In this document: piece by piece, positions 58,588 to 64,000 of the stretch
How the letters are laid out: each line of letters starts with the position of its first letter
How positions within the stretch are numbered: the stretch's first letter is position 1
NCBI GenBank assembly: GCA_048772705.1
Contig: JBLWGC010000123.1
Coordinates: forward strand, 17,039 to 81,038
Source: Leidyana gryllorum EB-2025a
Lineage: Eukaryota > Protista > Apicomplexa
Length of the DNA: 64,000 nucleotides
Direction of reading: 5' to 3'
The notes under the pieces: model-generated
Database searches by the model: none
What the model was told of the DNA's origin: nothing
The model's input: only the letters and a program-made list of their open reading frames with translations
Translations under genes and position numbers: made by a program

Positions 58588-58875
58588 ACTGAGTGTCAAA
58601 CAAGTGTGAAACATGTGGCAAACAAGTAGTGTCAAAGATGTCGCAAACAAGTGTCAAACGAGTGTGAAATATGTGGCAGAAAAGTGTTAAACATGTGGCG
58701 AACAAGTCTCAACTGAGTGTCAAAGAAGTGTGAAAGGTGTGGCACAGAAGTGGCAAGCAAGCGTAGAGCATGTGGCAAACAAGTTTCAAAGAAGCATCAA
58801 ACAAGTAGGAAACAAGTGTGAAACAGGTAGCAAACAAGTAGCAAACATGTCGCGAACAAGTCTCGAACATGTGGT
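58588..58875. repeat. Degenerate minisatellite (CAAACAAGTGTGAAACATGTGG-like, 11/22-bp units)
   Basis: Repeated AAACAAGT / AAACATGT motifs. Confidence 0.8.
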
Positions 58876-58877
58876 TT

Positions 58878-59294
58878 ATAGGGAGCGCAAGTCCAAGCGG
58901 CGACTGGGTTGACGTCGGCGGTTGGGGTCCTTGCGCATCACCTGTAGTTAGTGAAAGGTTTAGTGGTTGCTCCTCGGGAGGCAAATTAGCTGCTTGGTTG
59001 CGCCGGGCAGCCTGTCTAGTAACAGGGCCCGGTCTCGGTGCAACCGCAGGCGTCTGTTCCTCCTCCTCATGCCTCCTCCGCTGATTCCGGAGGGCGGTCG
59101 TAAGACCCTTCTTAGCCCGAGGCGCGGTTTTAGGTGGCATGTCAGAGTTGATGAGAAGCTAGGTTGTTAGCTACAGTCGCTACTCGCCTGTCTCTATCTT
59201 TCTTTCTAAAACACTACTGTTCTAACTGTCGTTAGGTCCTATCTCCGTAGTGTCTGTTGTCCCAGTGGTAACCCAGTAGTGTGGGTTGCTTACA
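58878..59294 (-). mobile_element. LTR-like relic with start of a basic ORF (MPPKTAPRAKKG, ATG 59140)
   Basis: TGTAAG start at 59294; imperfect inverted end near 59099; ORF runs into the satellite. Confidence 0.45.
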
Positions 59295-59507
59295 ACTCCT
59301 TTTGGATTTATGGGGGACACGATCATCTCGGGCGTGTCTCCTGTAGTAGTTTACCAAGTGGAGACGCATGTCTCCTTTGTGGTTTTTGCCTAGGGCTGAT
59401 CAATGTTGCAAAGGGGTATTGAAGGTGCTGCAAAGAGATGTGTAACACAAGTATCATCTGGTACAAGTTGCACACTGGTGACGAACTTTGCTTTTTTGAA
59501 AAATTTG

Positions 59508-59680
59508 GTAACGGGTTAAGGATGACGGACATGAAAAATTCCGATGAATTAGTAACAGGTTAAGGATGACGACATGAAAAATTCCGATGAACTTGTAACG
59601 GGTTAAGGATGACGACATCAAAAAACACCGATAAACTTGTAACGAGATAAGGGTGACGACATCAAAAAAATGTGATAAAT
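59508..59680. repeat. ~42-bp tandem repeat, ~4 copies
   Basis: GTAACGGGTTAAGGATGACGACATGAAAAATTCCGATGAA units. Confidence 0.85.
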
Positions 59681-59835
59681 TTCGCTTAGAGACACCCAAT
59701 AACCTCAGTAGACGAGAAAGACGGTAGGGGATGTTACCCTTTTTAATATACTCTAAAGAACAACGCACACTTGCACCCTTAGTTCCGGTTTCTCATAGTC
59801 CTTTCCTCTAGTAGTCCATCTAACGACCAGACATC

Positions 59836-60624
59836 ATGGTGACAACTGCTGGATTGCTACCCATTGAAACTCTACCGTTCTCCCAACTGCCTCTGCAATC
59901 CACCCCGCTAGACTGCGACCTCTGGTTTACGCAGCTAGAGGAACACATGACCGCCATCGGCATTGCCGATGAGGAGGCCAAGAAGGCCTACCTCCGGAAC
60001 CACCTTCCCCTGTGGAGGAAGAGGGACCTGGCCCTCACGACTGGGGATTTCCAGGCGGTAGTGGCGCAGCTGTTCTCACTATGGTACCCTCGCCAAGGTA
60101 CCGTGGAGGGATACCTCCACACCGCGTTGCAAGAGGCAGGCAGAAAGAAATTCTCTGTATCAGGGGCTACCTACCGTACCCTGGAGTACCTGGAAGGACT
60201 CTATCGGGCAGAACAGCGGCAGCAAATCCCGGCGGTGGCCAACCTCGCCAGAGGCCTCGCGAAGACCATCTTTCTAGCATTCCTACCAGCATCAATCCGC
60301 GAGCGTCTTAACCTCATAATACACAAACTCACCCTGGAGGAACTCTTCCAAACCGCAGAAGAAAAATCCCAAGAGGCCGCCATCATAACAGGCCATCCTC
60401 CATCACAAAGCGATCTAAAACCTCCATCCTCACAGAGATCTTTCAAAACTTGCAGATACTGCAAGAAAGAGGGCCATACAATCGAAGAATGTCGGAAACG
60501 ACAGTACAACAACAATCAACAACGTGCCCCTGGGTCGGCCCCCACACAACCACAACAGAATAAAAATACCGACCAAGACAACAGAGGGCAAAACACGTAT
60601 TTTCGTGGCCCTAACCAGCACTGA
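59836..60624 (+). CDS. gag: Gag with CCHC zinc knuckle
   Basis: CRYCKKEGHTIEEC; directly upstream of pol. Confidence 0.9.
   Translation: MVTTAGLLPIETLPFSQLPLQSTPLDCDLWFTQLEEHMTAIGIADEEAKKAYLRNHLPLWRKRDLALTTGDFQAVVAQLFSLWYPRQGTVEGYLHTALQEAGRKKFSVSGATYRTLEYLEGLYRAEQRQQIPAVANLARGLAKTIFLAFLPASIRERLNLIIHKLTLEELFQTAEEKSQEAAIITGHPPSQSDLKPPSSQRSFKTCRYCKKEGHTIEECRKRQYNNNQQRAPGSAPTQPQQNKNTDQDNRGQNTYFRGPNQH
59837..59855 (+). promoter_or_regulatory. Primer-binding site complementary to tRNA-Ser (AGA/CGA/TGA body)
   Basis: TGGTGACAACTGCTGGATT versus tRNA 3' end AATCCAGCAGTTGTCG+CCA: 18 Watson-Crick pairs + one G:U. Confidence 0.9.
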
Positions 60625-63600
60625 AACAGGGCAAATAGATAATCGACCCTACATTGACATCCAGATTGGGTCCATAAAAACCAGAGCCCTCCAAGATACA
60701 GGCGCATCACACAACTACATCGGGAAAGACTTAGTCACTCAAATTCAAATACAAGAACCACAGCACATCACAACTCAGTCAATCAAGGGCATTATCACCC
60801 TCGCCGACGGCTCTCAAAAGAACACATATCATCAACACTACATCCAACTTCATCTCAAAAACAAATCCCAGATCGTCTCTTTCATCGAACTCGAAGGTGC
60901 ACAAGATCTTATATTAGGCATAGACGCCGGCATTCCAGAAATCATAGATCATCAACCAGATCCAGAACTAAATCAGATTCCTTCATCTTCGCCAATTCCG
61001 ATTCAAACTCCTCCATCATCTCCAACACAATCTCAGACACTCATTCCAAACGAATTCAATGTACCATCATATCGCGCACTTCCACCTCCCATCAAAGATT
61101 TCCTCACAGAACACCCCAGACTCTGGAGCGGACCACTTCCGTTAACAAACGCAGTTCAAATGCACATTCAATTGAAGGACGATACACCAATTCAATGCGG
61201 TCGACGACGGTTTCCACAAGAACAAGAAGAATCCATTCATAAAGAAATAGAACGACTCCTATCGGAAGGCATCATCCAACCATCATCATCTCCATGGGCC
61301 TTCGCAGTAGTCCCGATCCCCAAGAAAGACGGAACACTTCGCCTCTGCGTGAATTACAAACCGTTAAATGCAATCACCATCCAGGACGCTTACCCTCTAC
61401 CCTTAATCGAAGACCACATCAACAAGCTCGGAAAGGCCAAGATTTTCTCCTCACTCGACTTGAAGCAAGGATATCATCAGATACCACTAACCGACCAAAG
61501 CCGCCCATATACGGCATTCTCCACAGCTGACGGACATTTTGAATACACCTCTATGCCATTTGGACTCACCAATGCCCCCGCATGCTTCCAACGACTCATG
61601 GATCAACTGTTCAAGAAAGTTAAGAACGTCCATGTATACTTAGACGACATCATCATTGCCTCAGAGAACATCGAAGACCACATTACCACACTCCTTGAAG
61701 TATTCCAGATCCTGCATAAAGCCAATCTCCAACTCAATCTGAAAAAATCGAAACTATTTACCACCACAACGAACTATTTGGGCTACCGGATAGAAAAAGG
61801 AACAATCAGTACAATGGAAGAACATCGCAACCCAATTAAGTCATTCCAAACGCCCACCACAGTCCACCACATCCGTCAATTTTTAGGACTAGTCAACGCA
61901 TATCGACAATTCATTCCAAACTGCTCAGAACTAGAAGCTCCACTACAACAATTGACAAGGAAAAACACCCCGTGGGTATGGACACCGGAAAGAGAACGAG
62001 CGTTTCAACAGTTAAAAAGTATAGTTTCTAGTCACAACGTACTGAAACTTCCTGATTGGGATGCACCATTCACACTCCAGACGGACGCTTCACAATATGC
62101 CATAGCTGGTATCTTATCGCAGCCTGATGAAAACGGAACCTTAAGACCCGTTAAATACGTGTCTAAACTCCTGACTGAAACAGAAAGAAGATACCCTATA
62201 AGAGAACTGGAAGCCTATGCCATCGTCTACACAGTCTTACACTGTCGATACTACCTTTGGGGACGACACTTTACAATCGAAACGGATCACGAAAGTCTTC
62301 AATGGTTAGATAAGGCAACAACAGGACGACTAGCTCGTTGGGCCATAGCACTCTCCGAATTCACGTACACAATTAAGTACAAAGCCGGAACAAAAATCGC
62401 ACATGTAGATTGCCTTTCTCGATATCCACAAGATCCATTCTTACCACAACTACTTGAGAAATGTTCCAGCTTACGCAGCAGGATAGAGATAATGAACCCG
62501 GATCCTATTAGCATCGAGCAAGTTATGCAAGCAGAAGGCACTCCTACAGACCAAGAGAATAAGGTACTTAGATCTATCAGTGGAGTATACCGACACAAAG
62601 TCTCAAATCAATTATGGCTACCCACTCAACTCCGTCAACAAGCCATCACATATGCTCACGCCGGAGATGATCAGCACTTAGGCAAAGATCGCACGCTAAA
62701 TAAGTTGACAGAAAACTTCTGGTGGCAATCCATCACATCGGATGTCGACAGAATAGTCACGAACTGTTTGATCTGCAAACAAGTCAACCAAGGGACCGAA
62801 GAACGCCAAGGTCTGACAGGAAACCTGCTACGCCAACAAGTATTTGAGACAATAGCAATGGACTTTGCAGGACCCTTCCCACCATCTAGATCAGGCAACC
62901 AATACCTATTGATCTTTGTTGACCATTTCAGCCGCTGGTGCAAAATCTTCCCCACACAAAGTCGAAACAGTGCCATCGTAGCTCAATCCCTCCTGAAGTG
63001 GATCACAGACCACGGAATTCCAAAGACAGTGCATTCAGATAACGCCTTAGAATTCAGATCAGACATAATCAGATTTGTCCAAGAACAATTTGGAGTCAGC
63101 CAAACCTTCGCGCTAGCTTACCATCCACAAGGGAATAGCCCAGTTGAAGCTCTCGTGAAGAAGATAAAGAAAGCAATCACATTGAAAGCACTACCATTTC
63201 CTCGATGGGATGAATGCATACCCGATATCGAATTCAACGACAGGACAACCCAACACACCTCCACAGGATACAGCCCCTACGAAATCGTATACGGCATAAA
63301 ACCTCTACTTCCACAAGATCTGAATATCCAATACATCACAGCAGAATTAGATAATCACTTGAAACAGTTAGAACTCCTACGAGAAGACGCCCGGTTCCGA
63401 CAGAAAAGAAGACAAACAACATCGGCAGCAACAAGAGATTCCAATCGAATACCCATCCAAGTACAACCAGGAGATCGCATCCTCGTCAAAAAGACACCTT
63501 ACCAACTCCAACAGGAAGGACCATTCTCACCACCCTGGTCCGACCCAGTGACGGTCACCACATATGACCAAGCCTCACACAGAGTCTCATTCATAACGGA

Positions 63601-63883
63601 CGGAGGTAACATCGAAACAGTAGATATCACGCAATGTCGCATCCTCCCTCCACCGAACCCGCCGACAGAGGAAGCCCAACTACCCCCACTCGAACCGCAA
63701 CTACCCCCACTCGAACCACCGCCGTCTAGCCAACAGAGACTAGTGGAGGAGACATACTCCCCGAAATCCACACCAACTCCCAAACAGATAATTCTGATAG
63801 ACCGACCCTTTACCTACAAAGGGAGAAACCCCAGAACGCCATCACGCAAAAGACACCGGACTCATCTCGACCTCCAAGATTAG
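60524..63883 (+). CDS. pol: Pol polyprotein PR-RT-RNaseH-IN (+1 frame relative to gag; no chromodomain)
   Basis: DTGAS, YLDD, TDAS, HHCC, and MDF/SDN/VEAL DDE motifs. Confidence 0.95.
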   Translation: MPLGRPPHNHNRIKIPTKTTEGKTRIFVALTSTETGQIDNRPYIDIQIGSIKTRALQDTGASHNYIGKDLVTQIQIQEPQHITTQSIKGIITLADGSQKNTYHQHYIQLHLKNKSQIVSFIELEGAQDLILGIDAGIPEIIDHQPDPELNQIPSSSPIPIQTPPSSPTQSQTLIPNEFNVPSYRALPPPIKDFLTEHPRLWSGPLPLTNAVQMHIQLKDDTPIQCGRRRFPQEQEESIHKEIERLLSEGIIQPSSSPWAFAVVPIPKKDGTLRLCVNYKPLNAITIQDAYPLPLIEDHINKLGKAKIFSSLDLKQGYHQIPLTDQSRPYTAFSTADGHFEYTSMPFGLTNAPACFQRLMDQLFKKVKNVHVYLDDIIIASENIEDHITTLLEVFQILHKANLQLNLKKSKLFTTTTNYLGYRIEKGTISTMEEHRNPIKSFQTPTTVHHIRQFLGLVNAYRQFIPNCSELEAPLQQLTRKNTPWVWTPERERAFQQLKSIVSSHNVLKLPDWDAPFTLQTDASQYAIAGILSQPDENGTLRPVKYVSKLLTETERRYPIRELEAYAIVYTVLHCRYYLWGRHFTIETDHESLQWLDKATTGRLARWAIALSEFTYTIKYKAGTKIAHVDCLSRYPQDPFLPQLLEKCSSLRSRIEIMNPDPISIEQVMQAEGTPTDQENKVLRSISGVYRHKVSNQLWLPTQLRQQAITYAHAGDDQHLGKDRTLNKLTENFWWQSITSDVDRIVTNCLICKQVNQGTEERQGLTGNLLRQQVFETIAMDFAGPFPPSRSGNQYLLIFVDHFSRWCKIFPTQSRNSAIVAQSLLKWITDHGIPKTVHSDNALEFRSDIIRFVQEQFGVSQTFALAYHPQGNSPVEALVKKIKKAITLKALPFPRWDECIPDIEFNDRTTQHTSTGYSPYEIVYGIKPLLPQDLNIQYITAELDNHLKQLELLREDARFRQKRRQTTSAATRDSNRIPIQVQPGDRILVKKTPYQLQQEGPFSPPWSDPVTVTTYDQASHRVSFITDGGNIETVDITQCRILPPPNPPTEEAQLPPLEPQLPPLEPPPSSQQRLVEETYSPKSTPTPKQIILIDRPFTYKGRNPRTPSRKRHRTHLDLQD

Positions 63884-64000
63884 TCGAACGGGGGAATGTT
63901 ACCCTTTTTAATATACTCTAAAGAACAACGCACACTTGCACCCTTAGTTCCGGTTTCTCATAGTCCTTTCCTCTAGTAGTCCATCTAACGACCAGACATC

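Larger units (their letters stand above)
59732..64000 (+). mobile_element. Intact compact Ty3/gypsy element (~4.27 kb) with 105-bp LTRs
   Basis: 5' LTR 59732-59836 and 3' LTR 63897-64000+ identical over the visible length; Ser PBS; GGGGGAA polypurine tract; open gag and pol. Confidence 0.95.

Noticed and set aside
59720-59731. Polypurine tract implying a tandem upstream element sharing the LTR
   Set aside because: The upstream sequence is satellite, not integrase coding; GGGGA is more likely the target site

Overview
Eukaryotic DNA, probably from a unicellular organism (the taxon cannot be fixed from this window), in two sharply divided domains. (1) ~155-46,439 is a dense, shuffled, two-stranded array of tRNA genes and relics: by eye more than 200 units (not counted exactly), covering all 20 amino acids plus initiator Met. 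It is built from multi-tRNA cassettes duplicated in both orientations at many levels of divergence, almost never has an oligo(T) Pol III terminator, and is interrupted by solo LTRs of four families with 5-bp target-site duplications (TSDs). (2) ~46,440-64,000 is a nest of Ty3/gypsy LTR retrotransposons. It holds a 5'-truncated chromodomain element with intact pol, a decayed chromovirus split by a solo LTR, a truncated element primed by the array's tRNA-iMet, short relics and satellites, and an apparently intact, very compact (~4.27 kb) element. That last element has identical 105-bp LTRs, a tRNA-Ser primer-binding site (PBS) that is translated as the start of gag, and a candidate UUU_CGU +1 frameshift. 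No host protein-coding gene is evident, and almost all short ORFs in the track are artefacts of tRNA or LTR sequence. The tRNA features listed are a representative subset with hand-counted coordinates.
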